Source: Calditrichales bacterium (GTDB taxonomy: Bacteria > Calditrichota > Calditrichia > Calditrichales > J004). Taken from it: a stretch of 64,000 bases of DNA. A program made the translations under genes and the position numbers. The DNA lies in NCBI GenBank assembly GCA_965267575.1, contig OZ254086.1, positions 2,496,001 through 2,560,000 of the forward strand, written 5' to 3'. Shown piece by piece: positions 10,344 to 19,753 of this stretch (the first letter of the stretch is position 1; every line of letters begins with the position of its first letter). The notes under the pieces were generated by a model. That model saw nothing but the letters and a program-made list of their open reading frames with translations, did no database searches and was not told the DNA's origin.

Positions 10344-10787
10344 ATGCTACATACCTGGATTCTATTATTCCACATACTTGGTGCCTGTATCTGGACAGGG
10401 GGCCATCTTGTGCTGGCGCTGACCATTTTGCCCAAAGCCCTGCGCGGCGACCTGGATTTGCTACGCCGTTTTGAACAGCTTTATGAGCGCGTCGGGATTC
10501 CGGCACTTATCATTCAGATACTGACGGGGCTTTGGCTGGCCTACCGCTTATTGCCGGTCGTCCCGGCCTGGTTCGCGCTTGAACATCCCTACAGTCCGCT
10601 GATCAGCATCAAATTGGGACTGCTGCTTATTACCGCTTTGTTTGCCGTGGACGCCCGTTTTCGTATCATCCCCAAATTGGGGCCGCATAATGTACGCGGT
10701 CTTGCCTGGCATATTATCCCGGTTACCCTGGTTTCGGTGGCGTTCGTTGTCGTGGGCGTTCTTTTCCGCGGCGGCGCATTATTCTAG
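10344..10787 (+). CDS. CopD-like 4-TM membrane protein
   Basis: HILGACIWTGG, ILTGLWL, IKLGLL motifs. Confidence 0.65.
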   Translation: MLHTWILLFHILGACIWTGGHLVLALTILPKALRGDLDLLRRFEQLYERVGIPALIIQILTGLWLAYRLLPVVPAWFALEHPYSPLISIKLGLLLITALFAVDARFRIIPKLGPHNVRGLAWHIIPVTLVSVAFVVVGVLFRGGALF

Positions 10788-10898
10788 TCCACTTATTTTT
10801 CTTGCTTTCAGGAAATTAGTTTCTTAAAAACTGTCGTATTCTTTTATCCGTGTTAAATGAAGTAAGGGATTCTCAAAGATTAAGTAAATCAGGGGGCC

Positions 10899-11420
10899 AT
10901 GCCTATGAACAGCTCAGAGAGGCTGAAGTGTCTGCAGGATGATCTTGATAAACTGGTTAAGCGGTACTCGGGAGAAGCCGTCCGCTACAAAAAAACCGCA
11001 TTAACATTAAAGATCACCTCCGTGGTGTTTGCCGCGCTGATTACCGTTATGCTCGGTTTAAGCGTGGAGCAGGAATTAAAAGATCTGCTCCGAAATATCG
11101 CCCTTGTTTTTGGGGCTATTATAACTGTGCTCAGCGCGTATGAGGCTTTTTTTGACCCCCGGGCTTTATGGATCCGGGAGACAGTTACATTTGCCCGGCT
11201 CAAAGACCTGCAGCGTGATCTCCGGTTTTGGTCGTCCGGTCTTGATAAGGAGTCAATGGATCCAAAGGAAGTTGACATGTTTAAGCAAAGGCTGGATCAT
11301 ATACATAATGACAGCCTAAAATACTGGATGAAAGTACGCGGTGCCCCAGACGCAGAGAATATCGGCGTCAAAAAGACCGAAAACATCGAGAACCCGCCTG
11401 CTATGCCATCTATCTCCTGA
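10899..11420 (+). CDS. SLATT/DUF4231-like two-TM protein
   Basis: N-terminal helix, two TM helices, then FDPRALWIR..L..L helix typical of SLATT domains. Confidence 0.6.
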   Translation: MPMNSSERLKCLQDDLDKLVKRYSGEAVRYKKTALTLKITSVVFAALITVMLGLSVEQELKDLLRNIALVFGAIITVLSAYEAFFDPRALWIRETVTFARLKDLQRDLRFWSSGLDKESMDPKEVDMFKQRLDHIHNDSLKYWMKVRGAPDAENIGVKKTENIENPPAMPSIS

Positions 11421-11558
11421 GTTTGGCAGGGCTATCGGGTTGCCGTAATCAAATATGCTTCAGGGCTTTTTATCTTTCCGCTTTTTTACTCAAATAAATG
11501 TGTTAAATTAGAGTAAAATCTGTTTCCTACTCCCCGCGGGAAGCAAGGGAGGAATGTT

Positions 11559-13193
11559 ATGCCCAAAAAATCATGGCGCAGGTATATCCGGCAACTGGGA
11601 CGTTCGCTGGGCCTGCGTGTTCTGTTGCTGCTAATCATTGTGTTTACAGCGTTGTTTTTTATTTACACGAATGTTTACAGCAACATGCAATACACTTTCC
11701 TGGAGCAATCCGTTAAACTTTCCGCGTTACGCTCAGGCGATCTTATCCGAAAAAGTACCTTTCGCTCCATGTTGCGCAACGATCGGCCGGCGCTGTTTGA
11801 AATGATCCATACGATAGGCTCCGAGCCGGGTATTGAACGCATCCGTATATACAATAAAGACGGCGAGATCATGTTCTCAACAGAACAAAGAGAAGCCGGC
11901 AATATGGTAAGTCTGGAAAATCCCGCCTGTATCGGCTGCCACAGTCACCCCAATACATTGCGCGATATCCCCGAAGAAGAGCGCTTCCGTGTTTTTCGCG
12001 ATGAGAAAAGAGACGAGCGCCTGCTTGGCCTGATCGTGCCGATTTACAACCAGAGATTATGCTGGGACAGCAGTTGCCACTTCCACGAACGCGACCGCAA
12101 CATCCTCGGTGTACTGGACGTGCAGTTTTCCATGCAGGAGTTTGACGGCATGGTGGCCGAGGCAGATGAGACCGTTCTGTCGTATTCCATTGGCCTGATC
12201 GCGATTGGCCTGTTGCTGGTGGGAGCGGTTATCTGGGTTTCCACCTTCCGGCCCTTGCGCAAATTGCGTGAAGGAACGGAAACGCTGGCAACCGGCAATC
12301 TCGGCTACCGCATAAATTTAAAGCGGCATGATGAGCTTGGTGATCTGGCCGTATCCTTCAATTCCATGGCGGCAAACCTGGAGCAGGCCTACAACGATCT
12401 TAAACATTGGTCGCATACGCTGGAAGAGAAGGTGGATGAAAAAACCACGGAATTAAAGCGCATCCATGAAGAAATCGTAAAAGTAGAACGGATAAGCACA
12501 CTGGGTAAAATGGCGGCCACCGTGGCCCACGAGCTTAACAACCCGCTCTCCGGAATCCTGAACTACAGTCGCCTGCTGCAGAAAAAAACACGCCGCCTGC
12601 TGCCGGAATCGGATGATAAGAAAAAGCTACTTGAAAATCTGGAGCTTATCGCTTCCGAATCGATGCGCTGCGGCACGATTGTGAAAAACCTGCTGGTGTT
12701 TGCCCGCGGTTCCGACCTGCGCGCGCAAATGACCGATTTACGCGAAATTGTTGAGCGCGCGCGTAAGCTGATGGCGCACCACTTTGAGCTTGGCGATATC
12801 AAAACTTCCGTTGAGATAAGCGCCGCCGTTAAAGAGATCGAATGTGACGCCAACCAGATCATGCAGGCATTGGTGGCGCTTATGGTTAACGCGGTGGAGG
12901 CGATGCCAGAAGGGGGCAACCTGAAAATAAGCGTTTGTGATGGCAAAGAGCCCGGTTTTGTGCGGCTGGCTGTCAGTGACGACGGGATGGGTATCCCTGA
13001 CGATATAAGGGATAAAATTTTTGAGCCGTTTTTCAGCAGCAAGGAAAACCAGAAAGGCGCCGGCCTGGGCCTCTCCGTGGTTTACGGCATAGTGCAGCGT
13101 CATCGTGGACAAATCAACGTTACATCCAAGGCGGGTAAGGGCAGTACCTTTATTATAGATTTACCGCTTAAGCAAAAAGGGCAATCTGAATGA
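11559..13193 (+). CDS. Membrane sensor histidine kinase with periplasmic heme-c motifs, HAMP, HisKA, HATPase
   Basis: CIGCH and CWDSSCH between two TM helices; AHELNNPL H-box; NAVEAM, DDGMGI, GLGL. Confidence 0.93.
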   Translation: MPKKSWRRYIRQLGRSLGLRVLLLLIIVFTALFFIYTNVYSNMQYTFLEQSVKLSALRSGDLIRKSTFRSMLRNDRPALFEMIHTIGSEPGIERIRIYNKDGEIMFSTEQREAGNMVSLENPACIGCHSHPNTLRDIPEEERFRVFRDEKRDERLLGLIVPIYNQRLCWDSSCHFHERDRNILGVLDVQFSMQEFDGMVAEADETVLSYSIGLIAIGLLLVGAVIWVSTFRPLRKLREGTETLATGNLGYRINLKRHDELGDLAVSFNSMAANLEQAYNDLKHWSHTLEEKVDEKTTELKRIHEEIVKVERISTLGKMAATVAHELNNPLSGILNYSRLLQKKTRRLLPESDDKKKLLENLELIASESMRCGTIVKNLLVFARGSDLRAQMTDLREIVERARKLMAHHFELGDIKTSVEISAAVKEIECDANQIMQALVALMVNAVEAMPEGGNLKISVCDGKEPGFVRLAVSDDGMGIPDDIRDKIFEPFFSSKENQKGAGLGLSVVYGIVQRHRGQINVTSKAGKGSTFIIDLPLKQKGQSE

Positions 13194-14536
13194 AATCACC
13201 AAAAATAATGATCGTTGACGATGAAGATAGCGTATGTCGCTCCCTGCGCGAATGGTTTCTTGAGGACGGCTATGATGTTGAAACGGCACACGATGGTCGT
13301 GAAGCACTTCAAAAAATGAACGGCGGCCCCTACGACATCATTTTGCTGGATATAAAAATGCCCGGGATGGACGGTATCACGCTGCAAAAAAAGATCCGCG
13401 AGATTGATGAAGAGGCAATCATTATTATAATGACGGCCTATGCTTCCGTGGATACCGCGGTGGAGGCGCTTAAGCACGGCGCGTTTGAATATATTACCAA
13501 GCCTTTTGATCCCGACAACCTGACCCACCTTGTGCGCAACGCTCTGCGTCAAAAGGACCTGAGCGAGGAAAACCGGCAGCTTAAAGAAAAACTAACCGAG
13601 CTGAGCCCGGCCGATGACATTATCGCGGAAAGCGACGAAATGAAGAATGTGATCGAGATGGTGCGCACAGTAGCCGAAACCGACTCCACCGTGCTGATCC
13701 GTGGTGAAAGCGGTACCGGCAAGGAACTGATCGCGCGAGCCATCCACAGCCGCAGCAAACGGCGTTTTTTGCCGATCGTTGCCGTCAATTGCGGCGCCAT
13801 CCCCGAGACGCTGCTGGAGAGTGAGCTGTTCGGCCACGAAAAAGGCGCTTTTACCGGGGCACAGTATCGCCGTAAAGGCAAGATTGAATTATCCGATGGC
13901 GGTACGCTTTTTCTGGATGAAATAGGTGATATTGAGCCCAAGATGCAGGTGGACCTGCTGCGCGTTCTGGAACAGAAAAGCTTTACCCGTCTTGGCGGCA
14001 ACGAAGAGATCAAGGTCGACTTCCGGTTGATTTGCGCCACCAATAAAAACCTGGAAAAGCTGCTGGAGAACGAGACCTTCCGCGAGGACCTTTACTACCG
14101 CATCAATGTGTTTACCATCGTCATCCCGCCGCTGCGCGAGAGGCGCGCCGATATTATCCCCATGGCCGAGCATTTTATACAGAAGTACGCGCGGATGATG
14201 GGCAAGCCTCTTAAAAGTATTACACCGGGAGCGCGCGATGAACTGATGGCCCACAGCTGGCCCGGCAATGTGCGCGAGCTGGAAAACGCCATGGAGCGGG
14301 CCATGGTTATCGGCCGCAGCGATGCCGTACGCTCAGAAGATCTGCCGCTTTCGCTTAATGAAAACGGCGGTTCAAAAAAGGGCCGTTCGCTTAAGCTGTC
14401 CGATGTGGAAGAAGAGCACATTCGCCGCGTGATGCGCGATACCGATGGCAATGTAACACGTGCCGCATCGCTGCTGGGCATCGACCGGGTGACGCTGTAC
14501 AACAAGCTCAAAAAATACGGCATTACGCGACAGTGA
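13190..14536 (+). CDS. Sigma54-dependent response regulator (NtrC/AtoC family)
   Basis: Receiver DIKMPGMDG; GESGTGKE; GAFTGA; WPGNVRELEN; Fis-type HTH. Confidence 0.95.
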   Translation: MKSPKIMIVDDEDSVCRSLREWFLEDGYDVETAHDGREALQKMNGGPYDIILLDIKMPGMDGITLQKKIREIDEEAIIIIMTAYASVDTAVEALKHGAFEYITKPFDPDNLTHLVRNALRQKDLSEENRQLKEKLTELSPADDIIAESDEMKNVIEMVRTVAETDSTVLIRGESGTGKELIARAIHSRSKRRFLPIVAVNCGAIPETLLESELFGHEKGAFTGAQYRRKGKIELSDGGTLFLDEIGDIEPKMQVDLLRVLEQKSFTRLGGNEEIKVDFRLICATNKNLEKLLENETFREDLYYRINVFTIVIPPLRERRADIIPMAEHFIQKYARMMGKPLKSITPGARDELMAHSWPGNVRELENAMERAMVIGRSDAVRSEDLPLSLNENGGSKKGRSLKLSDVEEEHIRRVMRDTDGNVTRAASLLGIDRVTLYNKLKKYGITRQ

Positions 14537-15066
14537 CCATTACGATCGCCTTTATCAATAACCATTTTCCGGCCGGCTGGATGCAGCTTCCAATGGACTT
14601 GCAGCATTGCCTGCCATTTACTTTTCGCCACGTGCGGCTGGATATCAATCTTAAGGCCTCGTTCGATCCGGGGCGCGGGCAATACCATTCCCCCTCTATT
14701 CTGCAAAAGGTGCTTAACAGTATACCATATGACAGCGACAAGATCGTGGGCATCACCCAGGTGGATCTGTTCATCCCTGTTCTGACCTTTGTTTTTGGCG
14801 AGGCTCAGCTTAGCGGGCCTGCGGCGCTTGTTTCCACACACCGCCTGCATAACACATTTTACGGCCTCCCGGAAAATGACAATCTGCTTTATGAGCGCCT
14901 TTTAAAAGAAGTGCTGCATGAACTGGGGCATACGATGGGACTGGTGCATTGCCGCGATTACCGCTGTGTGATGCACGCTTCCACATACGTTGAGGACAGT
15001 GATATAAAACAGGCCCGTTTTTGTAAAGAATGCCAGGGAAAACTCGGGGTAACGTGTGAAGAGTGA
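14533..15066 (+). CDS. Archaemetzincin-family Zn metalloprotease
   Basis: HELGHTMGLVHCxxxxCVM and C-terminal FCKEC; GTG overlaps upstream stop. Confidence 0.88.
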   Translation: MTITIAFINNHFPAGWMQLPMDLQHCLPFTFRHVRLDINLKASFDPGRGQYHSPSILQKVLNSIPYDSDKIVGITQVDLFIPVLTFVFGEAQLSGPAALVSTHRLHNTFYGLPENDNLLYERLLKEVLHELGHTMGLVHCRDYRCVMHASTYVEDSDIKQARFCKECQGKLGVTCEE

Positions 15067-15090
15067 GGCAGGGCAGTTTTACTGTTTTGT

Positions 15091-15171
15091 AGTCATGGAA
15101 TCCTGAAGTCCTGAGCTTCCGGAGGCCGGCTATAATCTTTAATGACCTCAAGACTTCAGGACTTTATGACT
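15091..15171. repeat. 25-bp imperfect inverted repeat between convergent operons
   Basis: AGTCATGGAATCCTGAAGTCCTGAG (15091-15115) vs CTCAAGACTTCAGGACTTTATGACT (15147-15171), 21/25 complementary. Confidence 0.75.
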
Positions 15172-15180
15172 CCCGGATGT

Positions 15181-15915
15181 TTATAGAAAAGTATTATTGA
15201 ACAAACTCTTCAACAGCCTGCGGTAATTTTTTTCTCCCAAAACTCTGCGCAGATCGCATTCCGGCAAACCGCCGTCGGGCAGGGTGATGCCGGGTCTTTG
15301 TTCCTGAATAGCAGGGATCAAAAAGGCGCGCAATTCGGACACTATTCGCTCGTATTGGCTGAGGGAAGCGTTAGGTGGGCTGTTGTCCATAAAGCGCGCC
15401 GTTTGATCATCGATATGCAGCGAAAAAAGGCCGCCATTATCATTTTCTTCAAGAGCCTCATTGGCGCTGCAGGCATTAAAGACCACTCCGCCAAAAGGGC
15501 AATAAAAAGGTACCGCAAGATCGTCGCGAACCGCCAGAACGGCGAGCTGCCCCGGGCGCAGAACCTGGCCGTTTGTGGGTATGGCCACATCGTTCAACGG
15601 CTCCAGGATGCGCCGGTAGAAAGGATCCATACCGGCACGCACCTGCCTGGCGCCCGTCTTTTTCAGCCACAAATGCCCGCTTTCAGTAAAGCGATCGGGG
15701 TGAATGCTGCAATCGTTAAAAAGATGATTCAGATAGCTTTCCACAACAGCCAGAGTTTCACCGCTTTCGGAGGCAGCCGTCTGTCCGCGCATCACGTGGT
15801 GAAAAGGGCAATTCTCGCAATCAAAATCACGGTCGCAGAGTTTGTAGCGAATCAGGCCGGCTGTCATCCAGACACAGCGCCGGTCCTTCTTCTCGTTTTG
15901 ATCCAGCGTTAACAT
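15181..15915 (-). CDS. Glycine-cleavage-H-like protein with Cys-rich N-terminal domain
   Basis: CVWMTAG..YKLCDRDFDCENCPFH, then GcvH-like RFTESGHLWL..VRAGMD; C-terminal TLPDGG. Confidence 0.7.
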   Translation of the reverse strand: MLTLDQNEKKDRRCVWMTAGLIRYKLCDRDFDCENCPFHHVMRGQTAASESGETLAVVESYLNHLFNDCSIHPDRFTESGHLWLKKTGARQVRAGMDPFYRRILEPLNDVAIPTNGQVLRPGQLAVLAVRDDLAVPFYCPFGGVVFNACSANEALEENDNGGLFSLHIDDQTARFMDNSPPNASLSQYERIVSELRAFLIPAIQEQRPGITLPDGGLPECDLRRVLGEKNYRRLLKSLFNNTFL

Positions 15916-15927
15916 ATGTAACCCGTT

Positions 15928-17106
15928 CTACAGGGATTTGGCCCCTGTAATGCGTGCGATCCGTACTTTCGGCGGGGTTTGCTGTGCCGGCTCTTCATGC
16001 GATTCATGCACAAAGATCGGAAAGTTCTTCGCGATATAACGGAATGCAGCAAATCCCACAGCAACGATCGCCATGGTTATTACGATTTCCATCCACGATG
16101 GGAAGTAGTTATCTGCCGTATAGGCCTCAAAGGCCGTAATGGATACGTTCAGACGATTGATCACAAATCCGATAACTACAAAGATGACTGCCACAAACAG
16201 GCCCTGCTCGCTACGGCGAATGCTCTTACGCGAAAGCAGGATAATGGGCACAATAAAAAACGTCAGCATTTCAGCCCACCAGAACCATGTTTCCATACGG
16301 TCTATTAACAGGGTACCCCACAGATCCAGGCGGTTGATGTCCTGCAGTTTTACCAGCAGGGCAACGCCCAGTATAAACGCCGCGGCACGGCCCAGTTCGT
16401 TCAGCAGCGGCATTTCCAGCTTTTTATTAAAAGCGCGGCTGCTCAGGTAAGATTCCATTATTACCATGGCAAAACCAACGGCCACCGAGGTGATAAAGAA
16501 GTGCACCGGCAACAGCGACGAATACCACAGCGGATAGAGTTTTTCCGGTGCGATCAGAAAAAGCGAACCCAGCGACGACTGGTGCAGTGTCGACAGGATA
16601 ATACCCAGGATAACCAAAGGTATGGTAATGTTCTTAATGATCTTCAACGTTTTGTTCATGCGGAATTTTTCCAGCACGATGGGGCTGAACTCCAGGGCCA
16701 GAACCGTTGTGTAGAGCGTGACACACCAGCCCACTTCAAACATCACCGAGTGAGGGTTCCACATAATCAGCGGGTGCCAGATGCGTTGCGGTTGGCCGAG
16801 GTCGAACAACAGCGCCACGCAGACCAGCAGGTAGCCCAGGAAAGCGGTTAAAATCGCCGGGCGAATAACCGGCTTAAAGCGCTCGATGTTGAAGATATAG
16901 ACCATGCCGGCCATGGTGAAGCCACCGGCGGCCAGGCCCACACCACACAAAACATCAAAGCCAATCCACAGACCCCAGGGGGTGGCATCGGTCAGATTGG
17001 TGGAAGCACCCAGGCCGTGGAAAAAGCGCACGTATGTAGCATATAATCCGGCGCCCATAAGCGCTACAAAAACGCCGCGCCAAAATGTAATCTTAGGCAT
17101 TTTCAT
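15928..17106 (-). CDS. NrfD/HybB/HmcC-family integral membrane quinol-interacting subunit
   Basis: PWGLWIGFDVLCGVGLAAGG, DLGQPQR, SVMFEV, LSTLHQSSLG. Confidence 0.9.
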   Translation of the reverse strand: MKMPKITFWRGVFVALMGAGLYATYVRFFHGLGASTNLTDATPWGLWIGFDVLCGVGLAAGGFTMAGMVYIFNIERFKPVIRPAILTAFLGYLLVCVALLFDLGQPQRIWHPLIMWNPHSVMFEVGWCVTLYTTVLALEFSPIVLEKFRMNKTLKIIKNITIPLVILGIILSTLHQSSLGSLFLIAPEKLYPLWYSSLLPVHFFITSVAVGFAMVIMESYLSSRAFNKKLEMPLLNELGRAAAFILGVALLVKLQDINRLDLWGTLLIDRMETWFWWAEMLTFFIVPIILLSRKSIRRSEQGLFVAVIFVVIGFVINRLNVSITAFEAYTADNYFPSWMEIVITMAIVAVGFAAFRYIAKNFPIFVHESHEEPAQQTPPKVRIARITGAKSL

Positions 17107-17891
17107 GATTCGGCTCCTTCCTCATGACCGTTACTAATAAACGGTTCTCCCGTTTTAGGATCGATTTTTTGCAGCGTGTCGCGGCGGTTAATAATCCACC
17201 ACAATCCGTACAGGAACACACCGCCAAATCCAACCACGTTGGGGATTTCCTTTAATACTTCCCAGGTCAATTGCGGGAAGGGTTTGGAATAATTGTACTT
17301 GGGCAGACCCAGTTGCTCCAGCGGCATACCGGCCAGAACCAGGATGGATGTGCCACCGGCTTCCTTCACGCCGTAGATATAAGGATGATAGCTGTCCGGG
17401 TCTTCTTCAATGCGCTGCCGGGCGATACGGATCAGTTCGTCTCTTTCACCAAATATGGTGGATTCGTCTTCGCAAGCCTCGGCACATGCCGGCAGTTTGC
17501 CCTCTTTAATGCGCGAATAGCACATATCGCATTTTTGCACATAAGGCGAATTACTGTTCCACTGGTACTTAGGCACATCAAAGGGGCAAGCCACCATGCA
17601 GTAACGGCAGCCCATGCATTTGTCCTTCTCATAAATAACGGGGCCTTCCTTGGTTTTTGTAAATGCGCCGACCGGACATACCGAAGCACAGGAAGGCTCC
17701 TCGCAGTGCATACACATCTGCCGGTAATAGAATTCATTATCTTCGGTTTCCTTTGTCTTGAGCACCGTATAGCGCTCTGCCGCAAGCTCCGTACCGTCCG
17801 AATAAGGATGGTTGTTTCTTTCGCGGCAGGCGTCTATGCAGGCTTCGCAGCCAATGCAGCGCACACTGTCTAAAAGCATTCCATAGCTCAT
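17103..17891 (-). CDS. HybA/HmcB-like 4x[4Fe-4S] protein with C-terminal TM anchor
   Basis: CIGCEACIDAC, CMHCEEPSCASVCP, CMGCRYCMVACP, CDMC..PACAEAC. Confidence 0.9.
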   Translation of the reverse strand: MSYGMLLDSVRCIGCEACIDACRERNNHPYSDGTELAAERYTVLKTKETEDNEFYYRQMCMHCEEPSCASVCPVGAFTKTKEGPVIYEKDKCMGCRYCMVACPFDVPKYQWNSNSPYVQKCDMCYSRIKEGKLPACAEACEDESTIFGERDELIRIARQRIEEDPDSYHPYIYGVKEAGGTSILVLAGMPLEQLGLPKYNYSKPFPQLTWEVLKEIPNVVGFGGVFLYGLWWIINRRDTLQKIDPKTGEPFISNGHEEGAES

Positions 17892-17894
17892 GAT

Positions 17895-18557
17895 CTACTT
17901 CTCCGTTTTAAGCGGGTTTAAAAAGGTCTTCTGAAAATCATTCCAGACATGTCCTTCGAACTGCTGCAGGATGCCTTGCGGCAAATCGCCCCCGTCTGCC
18001 ATGGTGATCGCGCCATGTTTCTCGGCGATGGCCCGGCTGAAGAAGTCACGGATCTCGTTAAAACGCTCGCGGCTCCACTTTTTGGCTTCATCAGCCACCA
18101 TCCAGGAACGTATAGCGATGGGCACATCAGTGGGCTTGATCAGCGCCAGCCAGTTGTTGTCCTGTCCGGGCAGATAATTGTAATCGTAATTAACCGCTGA
18201 AATATGTCCGCTGACCGGAGAAGCCAGCCGTAATTGATGCTTGCCGTTCTTAACCAGCATCAGCGCTTGCCCGCGCTTAACATCTTCACCTTCTTCCAGC
18301 ATGGTCAGCTCATCGATCTTGCCGGTGAGACCGCTAAGAATCGGGTGCAGGCCAATGGCCACGGAACCGTCATCCAGAATGCGCGTCCAGGTAAAACCTT
18401 TTTGCAGAAAAACACCACCGGGCAGGCTGCTTAAAGTTTTAAACAGCGGGTCCGGTGCCTGGGAAGCAGCTTCGAGGGAAGTTGCTTTTTTCTTTCGTAG
18501 CAATAGGTCAATCCCCAGGAAAAGGACTATTGTCGCTACAACGAATAAAACTACCAT
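17895..18557 (-). CDS. Membrane-anchored glycine-cleavage-H-like protein
   Basis: N-terminal TM; GcvH-like core FTWTRI..VAIGL..EEGEDVKRGQ..ASPVSGHISAVN; TMADGG; AAGGAG RBS. Confidence 0.75.
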   Translation of the reverse strand: MVVLFVVATIVLFLGIDLLLRKKKATSLEAASQAPDPLFKTLSSLPGGVFLQKGFTWTRILDDGSVAIGLHPILSGLTGKIDELTMLEEGEDVKRGQALMLVKNGKHQLRLASPVSGHISAVNYDYNYLPGQDNNWLALIKPTDVPIAIRSWMVADEAKKWSRERFNEIRDFFSRAIAEKHGAITMADGGDLPQGILQQFEGHVWNDFQKTFLNPLKTEK

Positions 18558-18597
18558 GATTGAACTCCTTTTATAAGAATGGTCCTGCCTTTTTATA

Positions 18598-18613
18598 TTC
18601 AATCATCGTGCCG
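18598..18613 (-). promoter_or_regulatory. Candidate sigma54 (-24/-12) promoter
   Basis: Minus strand CGGCACGATGATTGAA vs consensus TGGCACG-N4-TTGC (GG-N10-GA). Confidence 0.65.
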
Positions 18614-18690
18614 CTTTTCGCTGAGAGTTATAACATATTGATAATATTGGGTTTATGTGAATAGCGGTTTAAAGGACGGCGGGGAGATGG

Positions 18691-18808
18691 CGTTGAATAA
18701 TTCAACGGATTTTGCGGGGGTATGGATGAAAGTTCTGTTTAAGCCTTAAACGTCGCGGACTTAGTGTGTGTAGAATTATACAACGGTCGGTGTAAATAAA
18801 TTCAACGG
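18691..18808. promoter_or_regulatory. Three related candidate enhancer (UAS) boxes
   Basis: Perfect palindrome CGTTGAAT-A-ATTCAACG (18691-18707), plus TGTAGAATTATACAACGG and TGTAAATAAATTCAACGG. Confidence 0.6.
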
Positions 18809-19098
18809 ATAAACGGCTCCAAGCCTATCAATGCGTCAAATCCGCGGTAGCAGAAAAAAATATTCAGCAGAGAAGCGCCCCAAAGCGTAATCGTGTTGAG
18901 CGGAACGCCGGATGTCCTCAAAATTTTTACAACCAGGTAGCCCATCATAAACCAATAGAAGGGGAACGAGACGATGATAAACATCAGCATCAACTGCATT
19001 TGTGTTTGCAGCCCGCTGAACAGAGCCGCAGTGGGTAATAGTGCAATCAGCACGTTGATTATAATGATGGTTTTATTAGATGTAAAAAGGCGCTTCAT
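18802..19098 (-). CDS. Small hypothetical membrane protein
   Basis: 98-aa ORF with three hydrophobic segments. Confidence 0.5.
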   Translation of the reverse strand: MKRLFTSNKTIIIINVLIALLPTAALFSGLQTQMQLMLMFIIVSFPFYWFMMGYLVVKILRTSGVPLNTITLWGASLLNIFFCYRGFDALIGLEPFIR

Positions 19099-19159
19099 AA
19101 AAACTGAAACGCCTTGCTGAGACATTATAATCCAAAATGCAGTAAGGCCTAAGTGCGAC

Positions 19160-19753
19160 CTATTTGCGACGGCGGTCCAATTTAAACTGACGCCAGTAAG
19201 AGGTGTTGCCGTTTGCCAGGGGCATAATCGGCTCTTTGACATGGTGCACGTTTTCGATTGTGTAAAAGGCTTTCGGATTGCTCTGTTTGATCAGTTCAAT
19301 AAGTCCGGGCATGTCGCGGCGGCGTGCCAGGCTGAAGATGATCTTCACGGGACCGGTTGCTCCCTGCCCGTCAACAAGAGTAGTTCCAAAGCCCGCCTTG
19401 CGAAGTTTCCCGGTGAGCTTTTCCGTTTTGGCGCGACTGATGATCCGCACGACCTGGTAGCCCAGCGCGATTTTTTCCTCTATAAGGATGCCCACGAGGT
19501 TGCCAGCAGCAAAGCCCGCCGCATAAGCGATATAGCTGACGGGATTATCCAGATGCTTGAATATCTGGCTAAGCGCGATAACCCAAATAAGTACCTCAAA
19601 AAAACCAAGTATCGGCACAAGCCATTTTTCACCGCGTGACAGGTAAACAATGCGGATGGTGGCAATACTGACATCAAAAATACGTGCTATAAATATCAAT
19701 CCCGGCAAAATGACATAGCCGAAAAACGTTTCATTTGTGAATAATTCTTCCAT
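19160..19753 (-). CDS. UPF0316/DUF2179 membrane protein with PII-like C-terminal domain
   Basis: IFIARIFDVSIATIR, GFFEVLIW, GFAAGNLVG, GFGTTLVDGQG. Confidence 0.85.
   Translation of the reverse strand: MEELFTNETFFGYVILPGLIFIARIFDVSIATIRIVYLSRGEKWLVPILGFFEVLIWVIALSQIFKHLDNPVSYIAYAAGFAAGNLVGILIEEKIALGYQVVRIISRAKTEKLTGKLRKAGFGTTLVDGQGATGPVKIIFSLARRRDMPGLIELIKQSNPKAFYTIENVHHVKEPIMPLANGNTSYWRQFKLDRRRK

Noticed and set aside
15181..18557. A true glycine cleavage system
   Set aside because: No gcvT/P/L in the window, and the H-like proteins lack the ESVK motif and carry extra domains
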